DNA of 64,000 bases, taken from an uncultured Planctomycetales bacterium. GTDB lineage: Bacteria > Planctomycetota > UBA1135. The notes under the pieces are model-generated. The model made no database searches. It saw only the letters and a list, made by a program, of their open reading frames with translations, and was not told the origin of the DNA. The stretch covers positions 14,796 to 78,795 of the forward strand of contig CAYFGE010000004.1 of assembly GCA_964342475.1 (NCBI GenBank), given 5' to 3'. How positions within the stretch are numbered: position 1 is the stretch's first letter; each line of letters opens with the position of its first letter. Position numbers and translations under genes: made by a program. This document shows, one piece after another, positions 36,407 through 44,581 of the stretch.

Positions 36407-39058
36407 TCAGGGCCGGACCGCGCGCAGCTCGCGCATCAGGGCGAGGGTGCGCGGGGCGCCGCGGTAGAGCATGCCGAATGCCTTGGCGTAGCCGGTCTTC
36501 TGCGGCAGGTGCGCCCAGGCGTCCTGGATCACGGCCCACAGGTCGGCGTCGTGCTCGAGGCTCTCGGCGTAGGCCAGGCCGTAGAGGACCAGGCCCGACA
36601 TGCCGGCGTAGGCCTCGGTGGCGCCGTGCGCGCGGTAGCGGAAGGCGTGCTCGTTCCAGTCGTACTGCTGGGTGGCCCACTGGCGCGCGAGGTCGCGCAG
36701 GTGGAGCTGGACGTCCCCGCGGCCGGTGCGCTGGTGGTAGCGCGCGAGGCCCTCGAGTTGCAGGCCGGCGTGGATCGAGGAGCGGATGCGGTCGACCGGC
36801 GTGGCCAGCAGCACGTCGGCGCACTGGTCCATCGCGGCGAGCATGTCGGCGCGCAGGGCCTGCTCGGCGGGCATGCCGCAGCTCAGGTCGGCCAGGGTGT
36901 CGAGGTTGACCAGCGGCCAGCCCAGGTTGCGGGTGTAGAGGGGCTCGTCGGTGCGGTCGCGCTGCTCCTCGATGGTGCGCAGGGCGAGCGGGACCACCTC
37001 GTCGACCTGGTGGCGGCCGAAGGCCAGGGCGCGCTCGCGCAGCCGCGCCTCGCCGGTCAGCAGGTGGGCCAGGGCCACGCTCTGGACCACGGAGTGGCCG
37101 GCCTGGTGGCGCTGGTCCGGGATCGGCGCGGTGTCGACGTGGAAGGAAGGCATGGCCTGCCACGAGCCGCCGTAGCGGGCGAAGAAGCCGGCGAAGTCGG
37201 CGTCGGCGTCGTCGAAGCCGCGGCTGCTGGCTTCGGGCAGGCTGGCGATCTGCCGCGCGTAGGCCTCGAGCGTGTCGGCGCTCTGGCCGCTCGCGGCGAG
37301 GTCCAGGCCGATGCGCTCGACCAGGTGGAAGCCGATCATGTCGAACATCCGGCCGAGCAGGTCCTGCTCGGGCAGGCCGCGGCGCCGCTCGGCGTCCAGC
37401 CAGCCCTCGAGGGTGGCGGAGGCGCCGCGGCCGTACTGCCCGGCGACCCAGTCCAGCGCGTTGGCCAGGCTGCCGTCGTGGTTCGGCGAGGCCGCCCACT
37501 CGGCGCGGAAGTCTGCGCCGAGGATGCCGCCGATCCAGGCGTCCACGTGGTGCTTGGTGGAGCGGTGCTGGAAGACGCCGCCTTGGGGCGTGCTGTCCAC
37601 GTCGGCGAGGTGCCAGACCTGGTCCAGCGCCGGGTCGAGGTAGTCGACGTCGCCGGTGCGCAGGAACTGCTGCAGGAGCACCACCGCGGGGTCGTACTCG
37701 AGCTGCAGGGCGCCGGAGTAGGCCAGGCTGTGCTCGCCGTCGAAGAAGTCGCCGAAGTGCTGGATGCCGTGGTGCAAGCTGCTCGAGCGGCTGCGGCGGC
37801 CGAGCACCTCGTCGGTGGACTGGGCCAGCATCTCCTCGAGGTCGGCGTGGTCGCCCGCCTCGGCCAGGCCGAGCTGCCCGAAGGCGCCGGCGGCGACGTA
37901 CCACTGCGGCGTGCAGTGGGGGCGCGCCGGCTGCTCGAGGCGCGCGGCGAGGGCGTGGAGGGCGGCGGCGCGCGGCGGCGCGGCGTCGATCCACAGCTTG
38001 ACCGTGCGGCCGAAGCCGTCCTCGACCACCTCGGCGGCGTCCACCGTGCCGGGGCAGAAGTCGAGCACGAGGGAGTCGCCCTGCCGCGCGGCGCGGGTGG
38101 GCATCAGCTCGGCGAAGTGGCGCAGGCCCACGGTCAGGTTGGCGGTGGCGATCACGCCGGGGAAGTCCCCGGCCTGCTCGCGCCCCTGGAAATCGAAGAC
38201 GCCCACCGCGGTCTGCCAGATCGCGGCGTCGCCGCGGCGGCGCGCGATGCGGCCGTCGGGCAGCGGGGCGTGCGTGCGCAGGCCGGGGCGTTCGACCGGC
38301 AGCTCGAGGCGCCACGAGCGCAGGGAGTGGACGCCGCGGGTGACGTCCAGGCTCTGCTGCAGGCGGATCCGGCCGGAGCCGCGGTGCAGGGTCACGCGGG
38401 TGGTGAGGGTGGCGCAGGGGACCCCGTCCCCGGCCGCCAGGGTCTCCTCCCGGCGCAGGGTGACGGCGAGCTCCGACTGCTGCTCGACCTCCATCCAGGC
38501 TGCTCCGACCGGCTGCAGCACGCCGTCGGCGGTCTCGACCACGGCGCGCGCGGGCGCCGACAGCAGGCCGGCGTCGCCGCTGATCAGCTCGAAGAGCTCG
38601 TGGGCGCCGGTGGCCTCGGTCAGGGCGAGGAAGCCGGTGTCCACGCGGGCGGCGGTCATCGGCGCGTGGGCGACGTCGAGGATCCCCTCGGCCGTCTCCC
38701 CGCGGTCGCGGGCGACCAGGGCGGCCTCGAAGCGCTCTCCGGCGGCCAGGGCCGGCGCGGTGAACCCGACGCGCAACCAGCGCACCGAGCCGTCCTCCCA
38801 CCGCGACAGGACCTGGCCGTCGGCGAGCAGCGTCCCGGTCGGCGTGTCGAGCGCCAGCTCCGGGACGGAGGCCAGCATCCCCTCCGGGAAGGGGACGCCG
38901 AGGACCACCGGCCAGGCCGGCTGGTCCAGGCCCGTGCGCTCCTCCAGGACGACCGGCACCTCGAAGGGCGGCGGTTCCTGGGCGGCGGCGGGGGAGGCGG
39001 CCGCCGCGAGGGCGAGGGCCGCGAGGGAGGGGAGCAGAGGGGTGGTGGGCATCGACAT
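36407..39058 (-). CDS. ~884-aa secreted protein, paralogue 2 of the tandem pair
   Basis: ATG 39058 (or 39052). Signal peptide MSMPTTPLLPSLAALALAAAASPAAAQ. Shares blocks with paralogue 1: DGSVRWL, QHFGDFFD, LLQQFLRTGDVDYL, PSFHVD, GWPLVNL, YAKAFGMLYRGA. Confidence 0.8.
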   Translation of the reverse strand: MSMPTTPLLPSLAALALAAAASPAAAQEPPPFEVPVVLEERTGLDQPAWPVVLGVPFPEGMLASVPELALDTPTGTLLADGQVLSRWEDGSVRWLRVGFTAPALAAGERFEAALVARDRGETAEGILDVAHAPMTAARVDTGFLALTEATGAHELFELISGDAGLLSAPARAVVETADGVLQPVGAAWMEVEQQSELAVTLRREETLAAGDGVPCATLTTRVTLHRGSGRIRLQQSLDVTRGVHSLRSWRLELPVERPGLRTHAPLPDGRIARRRGDAAIWQTAVGVFDFQGREQAGDFPGVIATANLTVGLRHFAELMPTRAARQGDSLVLDFCPGTVDAAEVVEDGFGRTVKLWIDAAPPRAAALHALAARLEQPARPHCTPQWYVAAGAFGQLGLAEAGDHADLEEMLAQSTDEVLGRRSRSSSLHHGIQHFGDFFDGEHSLAYSGALQLEYDPAVVLLQQFLRTGDVDYLDPALDQVWHLADVDSTPQGGVFQHRSTKHHVDAWIGGILGADFRAEWAASPNHDGSLANALDWVAGQYGRGASATLEGWLDAERRRGLPEQDLLGRMFDMIGFHLVERIGLDLAASGQSADTLEAYARQIASLPEASSRGFDDADADFAGFFARYGGSWQAMPSFHVDTAPIPDQRHQAGHSVVQSVALAHLLTGEARLRERALAFGRHQVDEVVPLALRTIEEQRDRTDEPLYTRNLGWPLVNLDTLADLSCGMPAEQALRADMLAAMDQCADVLLATPVDRIRSSIHAGLQLEGLARYHQRTGRGDVQLHLRDLARQWATQQYDWNEHAFRYRAHGATEAYAGMSGLVLYGLAYAESLEHDADLWAVIQDAWAHLPQKTGYAKAFGMLYRGAPRTLALMRELRAVRP

Positions 39059-39138
39059 GAGGGGTGACGAGCCCTGTGCGGCTGCTCCGGCGCGCACTTG
39101 AGGAGTTTTTCGGCTGCGCGGAGTCGCCGGGCGTCCGG

Positions 39139-39176
39139 AAAAAGGCGCGAGCCCGGCCGTCGGGGCCGGGCTCGCG
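39139..39176 (-). terminator. intrinsic terminator of the FG-GAP gene
   Basis: A 13-bp perfect stem (CGCGAGCCCGGCC/GGCCGGGCTCGCG) with a 5-nt loop, followed on the minus-strand RNA by CC-UUUUU. Confidence 0.8.
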
Positions 39177-39196
39177 GAAGGGAAGTCCAGGGAGGA

Positions 39197-41155
39197 CTAG
39201 GGCTGGATGGTCGTCGGACCGTAGTAGCCCAGGCGTTGGTCGCCGCCGAACCAGGAGACGGTGGACAGCAGGACCGTGCGGTTGGCCAGCGGGGCGCCGT
39301 TGATCGAGGCCGGCACCAGCCAGGTGTAGGAGGCGGAGCCGAAGGCGTCCGGGTTGCTGAAGCCGATCGCGTGGTAGGGAGCGCTCAGGCCGGTGTTCAC
39401 GCTGCCGAGGTACATCGCGTTGCCCTGGCTGAGGCCCATGAAGTAGTAGACCACGGCGGAGGTGCTGCGGTGACCGTAGGTGGTCTGCAGGGTGCTGGAC
39501 CAGTTGACGCGCAGCGCCGAGGAGAGCTCGAGCTCGATCGGGCGGTCCTGGATCACGCCGCCGTCGATGGAGCTGACGCGCTCGAAGGGACCGCGCGCCT
39601 CGACGGCCTGGAAGTAGACCCGGTCGCCGGCGGCGAGGGTGATCGGCAGGTCGAAGTCGGAGCTGTGCGAGCCGCCGGTGAGGCCGTTGACGAGCTCGAA
39701 GTAGTCGTTGCCGCCGATGCCGCCGATCAGGCCGCTGATGCCGATGGTGTAGCCCTCGGCGGTGGTCGTGCTGCCCAGCGAGGTGCCGACGTAGAGGTAG
39801 ACGTCCGCGTTCTCCTTGACGTTGGTCACGTCGAAGGTGACGAGGCTGTCGAGCACCGGGGTGTTGGTCAGGTTCAGCTCGAGCGGGCCGATGTTGCTGT
39901 CCGGCGGGGTCCAGACCTGGTAGTGGCCCTGGCGGCGGCCGAGGCCGGCGTCGGCGTCGGGAGCGCCGAAGGCCAGGTCGCTGATCGTGGTCTGGTTGAC
40001 GTCACCGGTCTCGGTGATCGTCGCGCCCATGCGGCTGCCGGCGGTGCCGTCCACCGAGAGCAGCACCTGCGGCGCGGCGCCCTCGAGGAAGTCGATGACG
40101 TAGCCGCGGCCGGCGCCGTTCTCGCGCGGCGCGCCGACGGCGATCTCGACCAGGTTGTCGTAGTCGCGGTCCGGAAGCAGCTGGATCTCGTAGCCGAACT
40201 GGCTGGCGACCGAGGCGCCGTTGAGCGTCTTGACCAGCGCGCCGGAGGCGCCGTTCCAGATGTAGGCCGAGCCGTTGGTCGTGCCGGGCGCGCCGGCGGC
40301 GATGTAGCCGCCGCCCGGGGCGAGGATGGCGCTGACCGAGAAGCCGGCCTTGGCGCCGGCCACCGACGGGTAGAGGTGGCGCAGCGTGGCGAGGTCGCTG
40401 AGCGCGGTGACCGAGCCGGACTCGGTGCCGCCGTCGTTGGCGAAGGGCGCGCCGACGACGATCTCGTCGCCCGCCGACCCGGCCAGGTTGCCGAGGTTCT
40501 CGGAGGAGAAGCCGAACCACTCGCGCGAGCCGGGGGTGCCGGCGATGGGCGAGCCGGCCAGCTCGACCAGGGCGCCGGAGTTCCACTCGTAGACGTGCAG
40601 CGCGCCGTCCGCGCCGTTCTCACCGACGGCGCCCACGGCCAGCTCGACCGCGCCGTCCCCGTCCACGTCGGTCGCGGCCACCGAGGCCCCGAAGAGGATG
40701 CCGTTGCCCTGCCCGTCGATGAAGTCGAGCACGCTGCCGTCGGAGCCGCTGATCACGTAGGCCCGGCCGGCGAAGAAGCCGTTCAGGTCCGAGTAGAAGG
40801 GGGCCGAGGCGGCGAAGTCCGGGATGCCGTCGCCGTTCAGGTCGCCCAGGGAGGCGACGGAGGCGCCGAAGAGGCTGCCGGCCTTGTCGCCCGGGACGGT
40901 GCGGATCAGGCTGCCGTCGTGGCCGTTCAGGATGTGGACCGCGCCCGAGTTGAGGCCGTTGGCGTCCTCGGCGAGGGCGCCCACGAGGAGGTCGGGGAGG
41001 CCGTCACCGTTCACATCGCCCAGCTGGGCCATGGAGTAACCGAAGGAGGAGCCGCGCTCGGCGCCGTCCTGCTCGTAGAGAGACAGCCACTGGGCCTGGA
41101 GCGGCGACGTCAGGGCGACCGCAAGACCAGCAAGGGTAAGGAGGTACGTACGCAT
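39197..41155 (-). CDS. FG-GAP (integrin-alpha-type) repeat protein with two C-terminal beta modules
   Basis: ATG 41155 gives the signal peptide MRTYLLTLAGLAVALTSPLQAQ; GTG 41176 is the alternative start. Repeats: GDVNGDGLPDLLVGA, GDLNGDGIPDF, TDVDGDGAVELAVGA. Confidence 0.85.
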   Translation of the reverse strand: MRTYLLTLAGLAVALTSPLQAQWLSLYEQDGAERGSSFGYSMAQLGDVNGDGLPDLLVGALAEDANGLNSGAVHILNGHDGSLIRTVPGDKAGSLFGASVASLGDLNGDGIPDFAASAPFYSDLNGFFAGRAYVISGSDGSVLDFIDGQGNGILFGASVAATDVDGDGAVELAVGAVGENGADGALHVYEWNSGALVELAGSPIAGTPGSREWFGFSSENLGNLAGSAGDEIVVGAPFANDGGTESGSVTALSDLATLRHLYPSVAGAKAGFSVSAILAPGGGYIAAGAPGTTNGSAYIWNGASGALVKTLNGASVASQFGYEIQLLPDRDYDNLVEIAVGAPRENGAGRGYVIDFLEGAAPQVLLSVDGTAGSRMGATITETGDVNQTTISDLAFGAPDADAGLGRRQGHYQVWTPPDSNIGPLELNLTNTPVLDSLVTFDVTNVKENADVYLYVGTSLGSTTTAEGYTIGISGLIGGIGGNDYFELVNGLTGGSHSSDFDLPITLAAGDRVYFQAVEARGPFERVSSIDGGVIQDRPIELELSSALRVNWSSTLQTTYGHRSTSAVVYYFMGLSQGNAMYLGSVNTGLSAPYHAIGFSNPDAFGSASYTWLVPASINGAPLANRTVLLSTVSWFGGDQRLGYYGPTTIQP

Positions 41156-41200
41156 TTCTGGGTGGTGCTTCGGCACGGAGGGGACGGGAGTGCCACCAGA

Positions 41201-41206
41201 ATCCTA
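41201..41206 (-). promoter_or_regulatory. -10 box TAGGAT for the FG-GAP gene
   Basis: On the minus strand, GGGTAGGAT lies 45 nt upstream of ATG 41155. Confidence 0.4.
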
Positions 41207-41233
41207 CCCGATGATCCTCGCGGCAGGATGCCG

Positions 41234-41239
41234 TAATCT
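41234..41239 (+). promoter_or_regulatory. -10-like TAATCT, 9 nt upstream of ATG 41249
   Basis: The sequence is CCGTAATCTtggggaccgATG. Confidence 0.35.
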
Positions 41240-41248
41240 TGGGGACCG

Positions 41249-42847
41249 ATGAGCGGCTCCATCCGACGCGTTCTCGCCCTCCTCGCCCTGTCCTGGGGCC
41301 TTTCCGCGGCATCCTGCGGCGGCGCCGAGGAGCCTCCCGCCCCGGCTCCGCAGCCCGCTCCGGCCGAGGCCGCCGACCCCTCCGCGGAGGGGGCCGGCGC
41401 TCCCCAGGATCCGGGCCCGGTGCTCGGCCCGCGCGAGGCCGACATGTCCGAGCTGCGCGTCACCTGCTTGAGGGACGAGGACGGCCAGCCGGTGGCCGGG
41501 CTGCGGGTCCGGCTGCTGTGGAAGTCGGGCGAGCAGGACACCGACGTCGGCCGCGCCTACCAGATGACGGGCCTCGACGGCGTGGCCCGCTTCCAGGTGC
41601 TCGGTGGGACGATCATCCAGTCCGTGGCGGCCGAGCCGAGCGCGCTCACCGCGCCCGAGGCCCTGGTGATCAAGAAGCCGATCCTCCCGGCCACCGAGGT
41701 CGAGCTCGAGCTGCGCGTGAAGCCCGCCGGCACCCTGGCCGGAGTGGTGTTGAACGCCGCCGGCGAGCCGGTGGTCGGCGCCGAGGTGGTGGTCTGGTTC
41801 GACGAGCGCTGGAACGTCGAGGGGCCGGAGGAGAAGGTCTTCGACGTGAAGAGCGCCAGTTACGAGCTCGGCTCCTTCACGGTCGGCGGCCTGCCGCAGG
41901 GCGCCTTCACCGTCGAGGCGCGCAAGGAGGGGATGATCGCCACCCGCCGCGCCACGGGGCGCATCCGCACCGGCCAGGTCCTCGACGGCTTCGAGCTGGT
42001 GCTCGAGGAGGCCCAGCCCTACTACGGCCGCGTCGTCGACGAGGACGGCGAGCCGATCGCCGGCGCGGGGCTGGTCGTCGGCATGGTCGGCCGCCACGCG
42101 AGGTTCGAGGAGAGCTTCACCGACCAGGCCATCTACGTGCCGGCCGCCCAGGTCCACCTGGTGAGCGACGCCGACGGCGTCTTCGAGGTCGCGGCGCGCC
42201 CGCCCAGCCAGATGTGGGTGGCCGAGGCCAAGCGCCAGGGCTACCAGGACACGCGCAAGCGCATCCTGCCCGGCGAGGGCGCCGGCGACGTGGTGATGCC
42301 CTCGGGCTTCACCCTGTTCGGCCAGGTGCTCGACCCGGACCGCCGGCCGGTCGGCCGCGCCCTGCTGCGCCTGCGCGGCGAGCAGCAGAAGCAGTTCCGC
42401 ACCGGCGAGGGTGGCGGCTACCGCGCCGAGGGGCTGCGCGAGGACCTCGAGGCCGCCCTGCTGGTCTACAAGCCGGGCTTCGCGCCGACCCTGGTCTGGC
42501 CGGTCGAGGTCGGTCCGGACGCCGAGGCGCTGCCGGTGCTGCTGCGTCCCGGGATGATGGTCAGCGGCCGCGTGATCGGCCCGGACGGCGAGGGCCTCCC
42601 CGGCGCGCGCGTCCAGATCGTCGAGGAGCTGCCGAGCTCCGAGTTCGCCAGCCTGCCCTTCCCCGGCGGCCCGCTGCGCGCCGAGTTCGGCATCGACCAG
42701 GCCCTGACGGCCAGCGACGGCCGCTTCGTGCTGACCGACCTCCCGCCCGGTGAGCTGCGCCTGCGCGTGTTCGGGCCGGACGGCGCCGAGCGGCCCGAGG
42801 TGCTCACAGAGCCCGGCACCGACGAGCTCGAGATCCGCATCGACTGA
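41249..42847 (+). CDS. lipoprotein with carboxypeptidase-regulatory-like (CarboxypepD_reg) repeats
   Basis: Lipobox LSWGLSAASC|GG. Repeated G.V.d..G.P..GA.V units (LAGVVLNAAGEPVVGAEV, YGRVVDEDGEPIAGAGL, VSGRVIGPDGEGLPGARV). Confidence 0.75.
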   Translation: MSGSIRRVLALLALSWGLSAASCGGAEEPPAPAPQPAPAEAADPSAEGAGAPQDPGPVLGPREADMSELRVTCLRDEDGQPVAGLRVRLLWKSGEQDTDVGRAYQMTGLDGVARFQVLGGTIIQSVAAEPSALTAPEALVIKKPILPATEVELELRVKPAGTLAGVVLNAAGEPVVGAEVVVWFDERWNVEGPEEKVFDVKSASYELGSFTVGGLPQGAFTVEARKEGMIATRRATGRIRTGQVLDGFELVLEEAQPYYGRVVDEDGEPIAGAGLVVGMVGRHARFEESFTDQAIYVPAAQVHLVSDADGVFEVAARPPSQMWVAEAKRQGYQDTRKRILPGEGAGDVVMPSGFTLFGQVLDPDRRPVGRALLRLRGEQQKQFRTGEGGGYRAEGLREDLEAALLVYKPGFAPTLVWPVEVGPDAEALPVLLRPGMMVSGRVIGPDGEGLPGARVQIVEELPSSEFASLPFPGGPLRAEFGIDQALTASDGRFVLTDLPPGELRLRVFGPDGAERPEVLTEPGTDELEIRID

Positions 42848-42861
42848 GCGGCGGCCTCGGC

Positions 42862-43566
42862 TCAGGCGTCCGGCGCGTCGAACAGCCCCTCCGGGGGGGC
42901 GGGCTTGACGCACTGCGGTCCCTGGGTCGAGGCGCGGTTCACCGCGCGGCTGACGCGCCAGCGCTGCAGCAGCGCGGCCGGCGCCGGTCGCAGGAGCGCT
43001 TCGAGGGCGCTCCGTCCTGCCCCCGGGTCCATCCACTGCTCGCGGGCCTCGGCGTCCAACAGCACCGGCATGCGGTGGTGGACCGGCGCCATGAGGGCGT
43101 TGGCCTCGGTGGTGAGCAGCGCCAGGCCGTCGCGCACCGCGCCGTCCTCGCCCGTGCGGCGCTCCCAGATCGCGGCGGCGACGAGCAGGCCGGCGCCGTC
43201 GGCGGGGGAGAAGTACCACGGCACCCGCTCGCGGCCGTCGCGCTTCCACTCGTAGAAGCCGCTCATCGGCACCAGGCAGCGGCGCGCGCGGAAGGCGGCG
43301 CGGAAGGAGGGCTTGCTCGCCACGGTCTCGGCGCGGGCGTTGATCAGCGGGGCGGGCGAGGCCTCGCGTGACCAGGCCGGGACCAGGCCCCAGGCGAGGC
43401 GGCGCAGCGCGCGCGGAGCGTCCTCCTCGGCGGCGGCGGCGAGGACCTCCTGGCTGGGCGCGATGTTCCAGCGCGGCTCGAGCTCGCCGGCGTCCTCCGG
43501 CAGCTCGGCGGCCAGGGCGCGCGCGACGTCGGCGCGCGGCGCCGCCAGGGTGAAGCGTCCGCACAT
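42862..43566 (-). CDS. SOS response-associated peptidase (SRAP/YedK family)
   Basis: The N-terminal MCGRF has the catalytic Cys2. Also contains RWNIAPSQ, LINARAET, FYEW and MPVLL. Confidence 0.9.
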   Translation of the reverse strand: MCGRFTLAAPRADVARALAAELPEDAGELEPRWNIAPSQEVLAAAAEEDAPRALRRLAWGLVPAWSREASPAPLINARAETVASKPSFRAAFRARRCLVPMSGFYEWKRDGRERVPWYFSPADGAGLLVAAAIWERRTGEDGAVRDGLALLTTEANALMAPVHHRMPVLLDAEAREQWMDPGAGRSALEALLRPAPAALLQRWRVSRAVNRASTQGPQCVKPAPPEGLFDAPDA

Positions 43567-43572
43567 GCCGCC

Positions 43573-43578
43573 AGCCTA
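43573..43578 (-). promoter_or_regulatory. -10 box TAGGCT, 6 nt upstream of the SRAP ATG (leaderless)
   Basis: On the minus strand the sequence is CGCTAGGCTggcggcATG. The same TAGGCT-N6-ATG arrangement occurs at xthA. Confidence 0.45.
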
Positions 43579-43591
43579 GCGGGCGCGCGGC

Positions 43592-44014
43592 TCAGCCGTG
43601 GGTCCGCGGGCGCAGCTGGTGGCCGGCGTAGGCCAGCAGCCACAGCGCCGAGCTGGCCAGGTGGACCACGAGCCAGACCTGCCGCCAGCTCTCGTCCACC
43701 GCGGTCTGCAGGAAGTAACCGGACAGGACCATCGGCCACAGCGTGGCCAGCAGGCCGATGCCGCTGCCGCGGCGGGCGCTGTCGGGGTTCTGCATCCGGC
43801 GCCAGCCGTGGTGCTTCCACAGCATGCCCGCGCTGAAGGCGAGCAGGGGGGCGGTCCACAGGTGCAAGTGGTGCAGGTGGGGCTGCAGCGGGTGGTTGAC
43901 CAGGGCGAACTCGTCCTGCGGGGTGCAGAAGTAGAGCGTCCAGGCGTAGGCCAGGCCCGCCCCGCCGACCAGGAGGTTGGCGAGGTGGTGGAACCAGGCC
44001 TCGAAGCGGCTCAT
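43592..44014 (-). CDS. 140-aa His-rich four-TM membrane protein (cytochrome-b-like/DUF4405-like candidate)
   Basis: ATG 44014 overlaps the FMN_bind stop (ATGA). Four hydrophobic helices carry FHHLANL, HLHHLHLW, WKHHGW, VVHLAS and AGHQL. Confidence 0.7.
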   Translation of the reverse strand: MSRFEAWFHHLANLLVGGAGLAYAWTLYFCTPQDEFALVNHPLQPHLHHLHLWTAPLLAFSAGMLWKHHGWRRMQNPDSARRGSGIGLLATLWPMVLSGYFLQTAVDESWRQVWLVVHLASSALWLLAYAGHQLRPRTHG

Positions 44015-44577
44015 CGGCCGCCGCCCTCCTCGTCGTCCTCCGGCGCCGGAGCGCCGAGGACCAGGTCCACCGCGAGGCTGCGGCGCACGGCGCCGAGCGT
44101 GGCGCGCGCGGTCAGCGTGGCGCCGGCGGCGTTGTGGATCTTCTTCTTGATCTGCAGCTCGTCGTCGAGCTCGCGGCCGAGGAACTGGGCGTACCAGTTC
44201 CCCTTCGGCAGGTAGTCGAGCGGCTCGGAGAAGGCGAGGACCTCGAGGCGCTTCACCTTGCCGTCGGGGCCGACCACGACCATGAGCACCTCGGGGAGGG
44301 TGCGCACCTTGTGGCGGTCGAAGTAGGCGTGGCCGAGGAGCCGGCCCTTCGCGTCGCGGGCCGTGTAACGGCGCACGACGGCCGAGTCGAGGTCGCTGCC
44401 GGCCAGCTCCTCGGCCTCCGCGCGCTGCTCCTCGGTGAGGTAGACGGTCTCCTTCTCGACCTCGGCCTTCGGGAAGGCCAGCTCGAGGGCCTCCTCCTGG
44501 GTCAGGAAGACCTTGCCGCTGCCCCCCGCTTGCGCGGGGAGCAGGGCGGTCGCGGTGAGGAACAGCGCGAGGAGCAT
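44011..44577 (-). CDS. periplasmic FMN-binding (FMN_bind) domain protein
   Basis: Signal peptide MLLALFLTATALLPAQA. NosR-type N-terminus FLTQEEALELAFPKAE. Flavinylation-type motif AAGATLTA. Confidence 0.82.
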   Translation of the reverse strand: MLLALFLTATALLPAQAGGSGKVFLTQEEALELAFPKAEVEKETVYLTEEQRAEAEELAGSDLDSAVVRRYTARDAKGRLLGHAYFDRHKVRTLPEVLMVVVGPDGKVKRLEVLAFSEPLDYLPKGNWYAQFLGRELDDELQIKKKIHNAAGATLTARATLGAVRRSLAVDLVLGAPAPEDDEEGGGR

Positions 44578-44581
44578 CGGA

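Noticed and set aside
32293-39067. Very long plus-strand ORFs (32293..36369, 1358 aa; 35372..39067, 1231 aa) antisense to carA and the giant paralogues.
   Set aside because: Their translations are low-complexity and rich in R/G/A/P/V/E. They run antisense to an unmistakable carA. The minus-strand frames give balanced, motif-bearing proteins with signal peptides. This is the typical stop-codon-poor antisense frame of a GC-rich genome.
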